64,000 bases of DNA from assembly GCA_030704615.1 (NCBI GenBank), contig CM060732.1:37448001-37512000 (forward strand), written 5' to 3'. Position 1 is the first letter of the stretch; every line of letters begins with the position of its first letter. The DNA comes from Takakia lepidozioides. Taxonomy: Eukaryota > Plantae > Bryophyta. The notes beneath the pieces are model-generated. The model made no database searches, had not been told where the DNA came from, and worked only from the letters and a program-made list of their open reading frames with translations. Both the position numbers and the translations under genes were made by a program. Shown piece after piece: positions 38,714 to 53,658 of this stretch.

Positions 38714-39120
38714 GAAATGAAATGAAATGAAATGGTGCTTTATAACGTCCGCGGAAAGCTCATAGAGCTTATGGGACAAAATGGAAGAAAACATGAGAGA
38801 GAAAACAAAACCAGAGCCAAGAATAAGAACTATTGCTCGAGTGATTGTCTAAGGGTGAAGGCCTTGTGCAGGTAAGCTGCCAAGCATTTCTGATCCTCAG
38901 AAAAAAGAAAGAGCAATGAGAGGAATTCGTACGGACCGAATTTTCAGTGGGCTGGGGCTTTCCCCAATGCCGGCACATGTTAGGCAGTTGCTCTGCCCTC
39001 CAATACATCTGCCACATTGGAAGGACAAACTGTCACACTCGTGTAGAAGACTTCCTGAAGATGGGTAGAAGGAAGAGCCACAGATCCTGTTTATTCCCAC
39101 TTCTGCACTTGGGAAAGTAA
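38714..39120 (-). mobile_element. 5'-truncated LINE 3' end with (CATTT)n tail (longest copy)
   Basis: ORF2-like C-terminus DQKCLAAYLHKAFTLRQSLEQ*, then a 3'UTR with hairpin and (CATTT)4. Confidence 0.75.
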
Positions 39121-40586
39121 CCTCTGAGAATCATAGTATGAGGCTAGTACACCTAAAACGAATAGGTTCACGACCTCTACTATCAAACTGATCATAGTTG
39201 AGGAGATGGGGATAGAACACATTTAAGATCTTAGTCAATTTGTCTGAGCCTTCACAAGCACACAAGACTATTCTTGGAAGACATGCGACATCCGCACATA
39301 AAACTACCTCTGGTTTAAGGAGACTTCAGTTTACCCATTTGTGACATGCAATCAGATTAGTAAGTAGACAGGATTCATGGAAGAGCTATTGTAAATAGAC
39401 TATAATACCACTAAGCACTTGCTAGTTATGTGAGAGCATGGCACATACCTTGTCCAGAAGCCTCTCTCCAACATCCGTTTTACTCCTCCGTGGTGGTAAC
39501 TCCTTGAATTTCAACCTTTTGTACCCTGTCCACCCAAAATGTAGATTTTGGCTAAGACATCCCCTTCCTACATAAACCCACCGTAATGTATAACATAACA
39601 GAGGAACAAGTCAAAGAAACATGAAGCAAATACTGCCTGTGTGTGTTGCCAAGAGAAAGAGGAGCCTATGGGGGGTTTGGCAAGAAGGCATGGTTCAATC
39701 CTCTGCTGCTTTCTCAAAGTCTGAAGAGAACATACTCATATCATGTGTCTCAAATGGCTCAGTTGGATACAGGGGATCCAGAGGATTCGAGTCTCTTTCT
39801 CGTACAAATCCAAACTGCTTTTTCCCAATATCTATGTCATACAGATCATTGTTATGTCCCCAATAAGTCCTTTTCCTCCTGCAGAAAATCCACCGCTCCG
39901 GCAGCAGTAAGCATGTCAGGATGCAGAGCTTGGTAAATACCAGGCATTGCAGAAAGGCATTGAAAGATAGAGGTCATATCTCTGGAAATAGGGCAAGCTT
40001 AAATTTATGGGCTTGTGCATCTGAGGTAGGTAGATTCAGCCAGACTCTTGCAAGTTTCATAAGATGGTTACGCACGGACAACTATCAGCTGACATGACTA
40101 TCATGCGTACCCTAAAGGAGCAAGTAATCATCAATAGATGCCTTATGAGCAGCTTCCATGACCACACACAGATTCCAGAAGTTTCAGGGAAACAAACAGC
40201 CCTTCACCCAACCTACCACTAGTGGGCAAAAAGCAAGGGATACAGGCTGACAATGTCCAACCTTTTAAAATCCTTACCTGATTCTTCCAGTCATGCTTGA
40301 CCGTCTCCTTATGGAGGGTCTCGTGCAAGGACTTCTCATAAGGGCTTGCTCATGCTCCAAGTGTCTTCTATAACAGAGGTTGTCATTTAAGGTCGCAATG
40401 TACTGGCAAACCCTCGTGACACCGTTGGATTTTGACAATGATATTTTGGCACTATTGGTGTTTAGAGTGTTACCCCATAGTGGTGAGCACCATGTATTAC
40501 TCTGAAGAAGGTAAGACACCATGCACACTGATAGTGTAGGGGTGGTAGAAAAAGACATCCATGGAAGGCCCAGAGAACCCAAGGAA

Positions 40587-40720
40587 GAAATGAAATGAAA
40601 TGGTACTTTATAACGTCCGCGGAATGCTCATAGAGCTTATGGGACAATTTGGAAGATACCATGAGAGAGGAAACAAAACCAGAGCCAAAGATAGAACTAT
40701 TGTGATTGTCTAAGAGTGAA
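40587..40720 (-). mobile_element. 5'-truncated LINE 3' end with (CATTT)n tail
   Basis: Matches the 38714 copy; empty site in the inverted paralog at ~26430. Confidence 0.8.
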
Positions 40721-43700
40721 GAAAGATAAAGAGAATGAGACTGAAAGTAAGGTCCTGAAGCTTATGTAGGGAGCAAGATATAGAGAAGATGGCCTACAGC
40801 CAAGTCCATTGCTTTGGCTTGCTGCCTTCGATTTCATCGCCTGGTTGCATACATCTGCAAGGTTTTGCATAGTATGATTCGGCATGGGCTCCAGGGATAT
40901 CATGAACATCTAGCATCATGCTGACTGTCCTGTTGGAAAGTTTCTGTCGGAAACAAATCAGGTGTTAATTTTGTACTTTTTTCCTCTTTGGCTCAATGTA
41001 CTTGTGCTTGTATGGGTTACTTCTACAGGTCAGAATTTCTTAAGAATGCCTTCAAACTTGAGATGAGCTAATCGACGAGGGAGACAAGAGATTTCACATG
41101 CGGACTTGTCCACAGCAACATTGACCCATCATGAAATCCTTTTCCACTTCTCTTCAGAAACTGACCTAAAGTTGGGGCAAACAAAAGCGATCCTCTACTA
41201 GCAAACTACTATGTATTTATGAATAGGAAGGCAGACATGACGAACCTCTTCCGTCAAAGATGGAAATCCAGGTACACTGCCAGCCGGGATTATATCTGAG
41301 AATCAGGGCTGTCTTTGGAAACATGACGTGCAAAGCCCTACCCCATATAGATACCACCAGGTGTGCAGTCCCTGAAGACAATCTCAGACATATCAACCAG
41401 CGGACAATTTCAGTTCTTGTAAGAATTTAAGCAAGAGAGTGCAGAGAGTTTACTTTAGCATCACCAGTAGGAATAAGGGATGGGCCACTTGGTAGAACGT
41501 ATATCGGGTCCAAGGGGCTGATATGGCGGTTGGTTACCATATTGACAGGTTTCTTCAGCTCATCTTTCTCTAGCCATATATATGGGAACGGTTTGTTCAG
41601 ACACTGCCCCAGCCCAGACCAAAGGGATTGCAATCATCAGTTTGTTTCTTATATTGATATTTAGTAGTCAATGGTACTAGTACCTTGTGGAAGAACATAG
41701 GAAGGATCTCTGAAACTACAATTCTCTATCAGATGACAAAACTGCAGTTTCAAAGTCCAGGCAGTTCGCAACATCATTAGTTCTCCTTTCCTCCTGTGTT
41801 ACTGCAATCAATACTCCGTTCCCCAAGCTAATAGAATTTGAGCAATCCATCATGCCTGGTCAGACTTGCTCACAAGATCGTAAAAACGGTGTCTTGAGAT
41901 CGAAACATATGCATAAACCATGTACAAGGAGGGATTGCATTTATTTTAATTGCTGATACAAACAGTGAGGGGAAATGAACATAGTCAGGAAGTTTGAATA
42001 TGATGATTAATTTCACTTCACGTGGACGTCACCCTCCTACAGGAATCAGTGTGCCATGAGGCAAGATGCAGACTCAGAAAGTTCACCACTTTGGTAAGCA
42101 AGTGTGGACTGAATGAAGAGAATTACCGAGGGATCTTTTGGATCTTGTATCCCTGCAAATCCTTGTGCTCCTGGAATATCTTCTGTCATGAGGTTCCTCG
42201 AGACACAGGCAGGTGGGCAAGGATAATATTGTTCCAACGTGTCAAATGGCGCTTTGTCCAGCAACCCATCATAGGGTGGATGTGCCCGGACTGGCCGGGG
42301 CTCAGAGAGTGTTGGTTCTTCTGGGGGCATATCCATGGCTGCTGACTTTTGAAAGCAAATACCAAAAGTGTAAACTGCAGCGAGATAGAAAACTGTTTGA
42401 CACTGCACTCGCTCAGAGCTCCTTCAATACAACAGAAGCCCGAAATGGAACTCGTTGTGCACTTTGGTCAACTCAATATATCATATATGTCCTGCAAATG
42501 GGGCTCCATGACTTGACATTGAGGAACTTAACCAGCCTAAAGCGGCTTGATGATTGCAAGACAGCAACTGCCCCTGCTCAGGTGTGAGGATGTAGTCCCG
42601 TGCATTCACTCTTACTCAGAATGCGCCGGCACAAGAGGAGGAGACCGGATGAGGCCACCAAATTTAACCACTCTTGATCATTGTTAGTTGAGAATGATTA
42701 TAGCATGAATATTGTCTGTGTAATTTTGTGGGAGGAATCAAATGAGAGGGATCTGAAAATGGAAGCCAAATACATATATTGCTGATACACCTGCTGAATG
42801 TCAAAGTTGGCATAAGAGAGTGGAAGGACCGAGGGGACAAAAACGCACACAAGGTGTCTCAGAGGACAGAGTGTCTTTCAAGATGGCGCGGGGTGCGAGA
42901 ACGCGGGATAGTTGATGAATCATCTGCCCCCTGAAAATAGACGGGAAGAAAGACATGACCAAAAAGCTAACACGAAGCAGGGCACTCTACATGGCAGTAC
43001 TACTGGAGAATCTCAAATCGAGAAATCATTTGTTGCAAATCCATCAATTACTCTTAAAACCAGAGGGACTGGGTAGAGAACTATGACTGCTAAGACAACT
43101 GGGACATCCCAATCACCTACATCCAAATGCCTTCTCGCATTGGAGGATATGTACACTTCCAGTTGAATATCTCATTCTGAAAATATCAGTGGAGCCTAAA
43201 CCAAAACACGTCACACTTCAATATCCTTCAATCTCTTCCAGAAGTCCGGGGGGGAGAGAGAGAGAGAGGAAAGTAGCCATCTGCCTCTCAATTGGGAGAA
43301 AACGAATACTCATTATCATCGCAGTAAGAAGCTGAGATCTGACAAGCTGCAATATGGTTATGCCGTCGCCCAAGAGTCGACGAAGAGTCTACCAAACTGG
43401 CCAGCATTCGGCCGGCTTTCAGCCGAATCCCATGGCCCACTACTCCGGTCGTCAGGGTTTGGCGCAACGGTGCATGAAGAGAGGCACAGGGCCCATCCGT
43501 GAAGCATTCATCCCTGAACCTGGAGCTATCGGAGAAGACAAAAGAATTCCGTGCTGAAGGACGTTCTGTGCTTATTGAAGCCATGTGGGAACACTACATC
43601 CCTTCCTGAGTGAACCTGATCAACACTACTTGGAGCAATTCTTTGGGTAGGTTACTCCATCAGGCTGAGCCCCTTGCAGCTTAAAAGCCAAAACAACTGC

Positions 43701-44290
43701 AACACATAACTACCTCGGAAAAATTGTAGCTCAGGACAATCTTAATCTCAATGTTTCCCCACTATTCATACCTGAAAGGGCATTTCGTCTGTACTAAATT
43801 GGTTGGAGACTGCTAAGTTTACCTTGTGAGGTGATCCCTTCCAGGTACACGACACATGACAATTGGTAAATTCCGCTGATGTCACAGCCCTCATGGAGGG
43901 ACAGAGCTCTTCTTAGATGGTAAGGACCATATGACAAACCACACCACTGGTAAATATCTGCCACATGCATGTAGGCTCTCAGGTGGTCAACAAAGTGACT
44001 GCAACAATTACCGATATATCATGCCTGTGAACTCATTCAGAAGGACAATAGATGGTGTAGATTAACCCAGTTGAACCTAATATGTAATCTTGAATACGTA
44101 CACACATACCAGTACCTTCTATGAGAAAAAGTGGGAAAACAGAAGACCCCATCACCACGAATCTGTTTATCCATGAAGTGTTCCCAAAAAAACCTACACT
44201 AGCAAATGCTTCTCTTAGCAGGCTACCCCAAGATATCCATTGCCTTTGGTGCTCACAAGGAGGAGTTACAGTGAACCAGGTAATATCGCC

Positions 44291-46806
<2,516 letters not shown>

Positions 46807-47204
46807 GGCTGCTAGAGCTCCCTGCTGCCTGCCTTCGGCGGCTCGCCCTCGCTTCTGCTTCTCAGTAAGAGGCCCTCTCTTCCTTCTTGCCTAGCTTTGT
46901 ATTCGTCGCACGCCCATCATTTCACTTTTAAGAAAAACAAAATAGACAGTGGCCCTGGAGAACTTTATTAACAAGCGGCTAGTCGCGTAATGGCTCCACC
47001 CTAATACTTTAAGTAGAAAATTTCCTTAAAATGTTATATTAAAATAAGATAATCATATATTCAAAGTATATTTTAAACATGTTCTGCATAAGAGAAAAAT
47101 ATTTTATTTATAAAATAAAAAGGCCCTGACAGAACTTTATTGATGTATCAATTATATATTGATGTAAGATATTACAACACTGATCTTCAGACTTACTAAT
47201 TATT

Positions 47205-47445
47205 AAAATATTGAAATGCTTGTTGAAAAACTGACTGGAATACTGAAATACTTGCTGAAGAACTAGCTGAAATATTAAAATACTTGCTAGAAATACTTTG
47301 CTAAGAAACTTGCTGAAATATTAAATTACTTGCTTGAAATACTTGCTAAGAAACTCGCTGAGAAACTTGCTGAAATATTGAAATACTTGCTGAAAATCTT
47401 GATTGAAATACTGAAATACTGAAATTTTGTTGTACTGAAATTTTG
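47205..47445. repeat. Degenerate AT-rich minisatellite (TGCTGAAATAC/TTGAAATAC units)
   Basis: Many imperfect 8-12-bp tandem units upstream of RPL11. Confidence 0.8.
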
Positions 47446-49667
47446 TAGCCATTTGAATTTGCCTTAAAGTCTATACCCTATATCTGACCAATTACACAGT
47501 TTCCTCACATCCCTACATGTGCTAGAACATTTCTTGTGGACTCCCTCTGTTGGTCCTCTGTCAAATGGATTCATCACAGTGATTCAAACAACTGTGTGAC
47601 CCATTCCTCCGTTAAGGATCTACCCCTAGAGGTTTCTTGTAACTACCTATCCCCAGTGACTCGGTGGTTCTCTTGTGCTTGAAATCTAGTCCTTCAAATG
47701 GATCTGCATCCAGGCTCTTTCAACTGTCTATGCCTCCACAACACAAATGCCTAGAATCTGCCCCTCGTTGCAAGTAGCTAACAACAATTACCCATTATCC
47801 ACGCAACCAACACCATCACCACCTACCAAAAAGTAGCTCCTATGCCGAATTGCTAGTAAAACTAGAAAAATGAGGGTGAGGGAGAGGGAGATGACAATTT
47901 GAGACAATGTCTGTTGTTTGCTTCCGTTGTAATAGAACAGAGGCATTCACCTTTTTGCCTTGATGTCCCACCATTGACTGGGGTCTGACAAATATTCCTT
48001 CCAAAGATTCCCCTCATCCCTAATTTTGCTATTCAGGAATTTGCCTGCAACTACAGAAGTTGTAACATGTCAAAACACTGAGACCACAAGAGATCCACCC
48101 AGACTTACGCCCATTATGAAAAAGAGATGTTCATGTGGTTTAAGCAAACCCCTTCGGAACTGGAGAAGAAAATGAGGCCCAAAAAAGAGGTGAATTCACA
48201 ATTCTCACTTTGGTCGATGTGATGGACAAGAAACAAGCCTAAGATATTGAAGAAGGAGGAAGGCACTGTCACCAAATCTTGAAACTTTCACAATACTTAC
48301 CTTCAGTTATCAAAGGCGTAGAGTGACAAGGAGAAGTTTGTCTGTCATGTAAATGCGGACTCTTCATGTCCTCTTACTCTAGGTTACCGCTTACTTTCAG
48401 GAAACCACCCGGCTTTTGAAGTGACTTCTAGTACTCTCGGCTGGTCATCCTCCGTTATCTCGGCAGGCGGGAGGTACACTTCACAGCCAAAAACGACAAT
48501 ATCTTGAATGCCAGAATACAGATGTGGAGAAGCTCTGGAATGAATATTTTGCAGACCCAAGTCAAGGGTACTTTAATCGAGGTAATAAGGTGCATGCATG
48601 CTATTTTACACCAGAATCATATAACTGCTGGATTAACCTCAAGTTTTATGGGATGAGGGAAATGCCCACGTAGTGATCAAAACTCAATTCCATTGAAAGT
48701 GGCCTTGGTATGGAACTTTCAGGCTGACTCGTATTTCATCATCACAAAAACTTTTTGTGAAGCCATTTACTTCCCTTCTGATCCCACCTTCCAGTTCCAC
48801 AGAATAAGATTGTATGAAAATTTAACATGTACATAAACTTGGAAGATAGCTCAAGACCCTGGTCGGTCTGAAAGTAAGATAATCATGTTGGGTTTGTGAA
48901 GGAAAATGGCATGACAACCACAACCAGATAAGGTGGAGGGCTGATGTAGCAGTGCTCATGTGAACACCGTGCTTTCTAACATGATGTCAATTGTATTATT
49001 AGATTGTTTAGTTGATTGTGCATGTGTATATGAATGTTTGGCCTATTTTTCCATGCCACGGTCGTTAAAACCCCACAACAGATTTAGTATCCAGTGGGGA
49101 TTAGTGCTGGAAGAAAACACCGGAGCCATTGCTGGCAAGGACCTTCTCTCTCTCTCCCTCTCACACACTTTTGTTTGTCTTGGCACCAATTCAGCATGGG
49201 AACTGTATTTTGGTAAGTTCAGGAGGGGTGTCCCCTGTATAGGTTTTATTATTGTTAGCTACTTGCACTGAGGGGGATTTAGGCTTTTTCGTTATAGACA
49301 GAATAACTAAAGAAGGCAGGGGTGGAGTATGGGTGTAGATCCATCCTAGAGGACCAGATTTCAAGCACAACAGTACCAACGAGGCAGAGTTGATGGATAG
49401 CTACAAGAAACTTGCATGGGTAGAGGGTGAATTGGAAATGTTGGATGGTCTGTGCGCATGAAGACGCTGCCATCCTCCTATCCCTGCGCATCCTCAAGGC
49501 CATAAAAAAAGCCTTTCAGCGAAGGCGCTGTAGAATCCATTTTGCATCCCCGCGCAACACATCTTTCCTGCAAAAAAAACAACCATACAGGTTTCTTTTA
49601 ATTCTTTCTTGAGCTCTAAAAGATCAGAAAACAAAACAAAAAAAATCAGAATGCCGGGCCCGGTATC

Positions 49668-49958
49668 AGCGTTTTTTTTTTGGCGAATTTTCACCAAATG
49701 GCAACCTCAAAAAATATAAAAGAATATTCTGTAGCAAATTCCGTGTTTTTTCCTGGATGAAATCGCCAAATTTCTCCAAAAAAAATAAAACTTATGGATG
49801 AATTCACCAAATATGGATGATATGAATGGATGAAAGTATGGATGTGGATGATTCTTTCCTAATTTGAATGGATGAACAGAATATATGCCTAATTTTTGCA
49901 AAACTCTGTAGCCACTCGTGCTATTTTCTGAATTATTAAAAAGAAAAACTCTGCCAGG
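49668..49958. repeat. MITE-like repeat end (CAGCG-T10-GGCGAATTTTC..., GGATGAA repeats)
   Basis: CAG-initiated terminus with poly-T and tcgccaaat subterminal motifs. The matching other end was not found. Confidence 0.35.
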
Positions 49959-50840
49959 TATATATATATATATATATATCACGAAGGAAATTAACCTTGC
50001 TCTTATCTTTATATTTTTTGATAATTCCAAGTTTTAATATAGAAGATAAGCAGACGGATGGTGGAGGCGATGGAGCGCTCCGTGGTTTGCGGTGAGAGAA
50101 GCCAATGGCTCCATCGTCCCGCAGCAAGGTTACTCTGCGTGCGTACTCGGCTCCACCTTCACTGTTCGTTTCAAGGGAACCCCTAGCTTTCAAACGAGGA
50201 ATCCTCCGCTTCAATCTTAAAACTTAACACTTTTCACACTATGCTAAGGATAAACGAAGGCCAAAAGCTCGGGATGGTTTCTCCGGCCAGATCCAATGCC
50301 TGACTTTCGGGATCTCCTCATCATAACTGGGATCATCGCCAAGTCCTAGACCTCTCGGCCCATACCTCGTGCATCATTCTGTGCCATCATAAACCATCAC
50401 CCTGTCTCTCTAAGACGCTCGGCCTTCAACAGTTGCCTGACGAATCTCACCTTATTCATCCTCCAAGCATGCTTGCTCACCTGGGCTGAATTTATGCTCC
50501 AATCCCTTCCCCATAATGATCAGCCACCATAATCCAACATCATCTCCCCTTTTTCTTTTTTTCAACAAGCTCCAGCCAATCAGCTCCCTCCTCCTGCCAT
50601 CTATGTTATGACCGCTGGCAAACTCTGGCCCTGTTGACTATTAGCCGTCACTATCACTAAAGCCACCCCCGACCTCCCACTGCAGCCTCGAAGGTCGCCG
50701 TCGAGCTCCAGCTGCTCCCCGCTTACGACTTTGATGTTTGAGGATTTTTCTCCCACCAGCGTGCCTCTTCGCTCCCTCCCTTCTATTGCTCGCCCCGATC
50801 GTGTTCGTGGTTTCTCTCCTTCAGTCTGCTCAGACTACCC

Positions 50841-53658
50841 ATGGCTCCCCTTCTCCACAAAGCCCTCAAGTCTGCTCCCACTAGATCGGGTCCACCCAGA
50901 TTTTACGATCCAAGTCTTCTCCACCCCTCTACTGGGACTGGCTCCTTCTTAGCACACCAATCTCACTCTTTGGGCCTCACTTCGAGGTGTACTGCAGGCC
51001 ACTCCAGGTCTGCTATGCCAGGTCTAGCAGGAGGAAGCTCCCGACCCCAGCACACAGGACTCACGATTACAGGAACATCAAGCTCTTCAATTTCGCCCCC
51101 AGCCAGCCCGCCATCTAATCCTTTTGAAGGGCCATCATTCGACCTGGAGGCGATGCAGCTGGCTATGGGTAAGGACAACCCACACGTTCCCATTGAGCTT
51201 CAGCAAGTGAATTCCAATGTGGCACACATTGAAAGCAAGGGAGTACTACTTCACTTCCCTGGCAAAAAAGTGCACAGATCCCAAGCACGAGATTGGGCCA
51301 TTCGGCATCTTGGTGGGACGGGAGACCTTAGGCATCATTTCTGCCATACCGAGGGGCAGGGGATTCTTCTCCATCTTATTTGACTCTAAGGAAGCTGTTG
51401 ACAAAGCCCTCGGATTCAATCCTCATCTGCATGGGCACAACGTCAACATCTTCCCTTGGTCCAAGAATATGGGTAACAAAAATGGCAAAATTTGGAGCCC
51501 TCGGATCATCACGCTCCCCTACATCCCAGATCAATATCTGTTGTCACTTCCAGAGATTGGCAATTGTTTTGGAGCATATTTGGGATGTCTGGCGGTCTTT
51601 GACCCAAATATGTGCACTGCTTCTTTAAAGGAAAATCCAGCTTGGAGGAGAACTACTATTGCATCAAGAGCTCACGAAGATGGTTTTGCCAAAATTGTGG
51701 TGATCATGCCCAATGACAAGATCCTGCCAGAATTCATTAACCTGCCAATTGACGATCAAGGCAACTTCTTTTCAGTCAAAGTATCTGAAGACACTGCCTC
51801 TTCGGCTTGTTATTATTGTGGGCAGACTGGTCACCTCAAGGCATCTTGCCCAAAGGCCAAAAGGAAAAGAATGGGCATTAATCAAGCAATGCATGGGCAG
51901 TCTTCCCTTATGCAAAATTCTGCTCCTATTCCAGACCCCCACCCAGAGGTCCCACACTTCAACACACGCCCCCAGGAGATTAACAACCCTCTACCAAGGC
52001 AGGACTTATACAACAAACATTGGGTCTTGGACATCAAACAGGTCTCTCCATCCCCACCCGCCAAGAGAAGGAAGGAGACATTCGACCCAATGATCCTGGA
52101 AGCTGTCTGTGGTCCTACGGTCAATTTGCAAACAGGCAAGGTACTAATCAACTGGGAGCGTGAGGCCACGAGCATCCAAAGCTCGTCTTCAACAAGAATC
52201 GTCAAGGCACAACCGGCAACAGCCCCTCTCCCAATTCCAGACATAATAAGATGGGAGATGGAAGCTGCAAAAAACAAGGGGAAGGTCTGCCCCCTCGTCT
52301 GCCCCAACATTCTCAAGAGGCCACCTGTGGAACAGAAACCCACTCCCTCTCCCCGCTCCTCCCCTGTGGCGCACAACCCAAAAATTGCAGCATTCTGTGG
52401 CAAGCTTGGATCCTTCCCCAACCTAGCTCTAAAAGGATGCTCACTTCTTAGTTTCAGGAAGGACCCGGTGGCAACTTGTCTCACCCCCATGATTTTTAGA
52501 AGAAAACCGACCCCTGCTTTCTTGGTTACGGCCAGGGATAACATGAATTTTGAATCCATTTGGATTTCCATTCAGGACATTCACACCTTTTTGTCCAAGA
52601 GCCCAATGGACAGCAGTCCCATTCCCACTCTATGCGCCAAGATTCAAACTTTCTTTCTCTCCAATTTTCCACTCTTCTCTCTCCTCTCCCACTCAGCAGT
52701 CTCTTGGGGTTCGTACACTGAATCCTTCCCAGGTTTGCGTCCACACCTTACCCCCAACACCAATATCCTTGCTCTCATGGATGAAGCTGAACTCCTCAAC
52801 ACCAGTGGCACCACGCCAGGTGTTTGGGCGGAACTGGACCACTTCAAAGAATCTTACATCCCCAGCAAGGCGTTAACCAGATCCTGCGACAACTTGCACA
52901 ATGCCTTTACGGTGCTACACGTTATCCTTGAAACAGAGAGACATGAGGAGAATGAAGAAATAGAAAGGCAGCGCATGGCTGACTTCATCAATCCGACATA
53001 CGACTCTTTTGGCTCCCTCTCAACATCCAGCTCCTCCGACCTGCAGATGTCGCAGTTCTTGTCGCAACCTTCGACCTCGTCCTAGCCTCTCTTCGAGCCC
53101 CCGCTACCTCCCCTCTCCTTGCAGACTCAGCTGCCTTCTCCGACACCTGCTCCAATCTCTCCTCCCCCTGTTTTTGTAAGTCCTAACCCTCCACAGCAAT
53201 CAATTCCTATTCTTATTTTTGCTCTCAACCCATCTCTGACCAACAGATGTTCTATTCTGTGCCTACACAGAGATATCTCCCCCGGGCCATTCAAGGGTAA
53301 CAAGTGGAAAATTCTACCATCCATTCCCTACCCTGCTTCCTTCCATGACCTCTCCTCTATCCTTGGCCTTGGTAACCTCACCCCCCAAACCCCAATCTCC
53401 ATAAAAACTAACCTTCACAACACAGACAGATTCATACCTCTTGGCAGCTTCGGTGCCCAACTTTTTCACCTGACTAGTACCCTGGTCATGAATGTTCAGC
53501 TCAAGGAACCCATTCACGAACCCCCCCCCCCCCCACACCACCTCTGGTCACCTTCCCTTCTGCCCTCTGACAAAAGAACAAAATTCCGTTTCTTTAATTC
53601 CAGGCCATCAATTGAGTCTTCAGCCCTCAGCCTGTCCTCCACCACCAATGCAGGTTAG
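50841..53658 (+). pseudogene. L1 ORF1 with long C-terminal extension
   Basis: ATG 50841, frameshift ~51320 into the 51217 frame (GRGFFSILFDSKEAVDKAL...IFPWS; CYYCGQTGHLKASC). A single TAG at 53083 separates it from the in-frame 53119-53658 ORF, which overlaps the ORF2 ATG. Confidence 0.8.

Larger units (their letters stand above)
30976..43584 (-). pseudogene. Multi-exon gene for an EF-hand + DIxGA/PLDPxY-repeat protein resembling cilium-associated proteins; probably decaying, 5' end uncertain
   Basis: Splice-flanked exons encode RNLMTEDIPGAQ (~42170), DPSYVLPQ (~41700), TNRHISPLDPIYVLPS (~41510), LDVHDIPGAH..DEIEGSKPKQW (~40870), RERDSNPLDPLYP (~39790), EF-hand-like VTYDVFRFSLEQFGFYCTDTEFKKLITYADPDKLGNVK (38109-38223), CSPLHPKY and C-terminal RTQDIAAVRALVGL* (stop 30976-30978). 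A full in-phase model could not be assembled. Confidence 0.6.

Noticed and set aside
47460-49600. Possible LTR-retrotransposon or gene remnant
   Set aside because: No LTR pair, PBS/PPT or gag/pol motif could be identified; left unannotated.
51882-52571. 229-aa antisense ORF in the L1
   Set aside because: Shadow frame of ORF1; no independent evidence.
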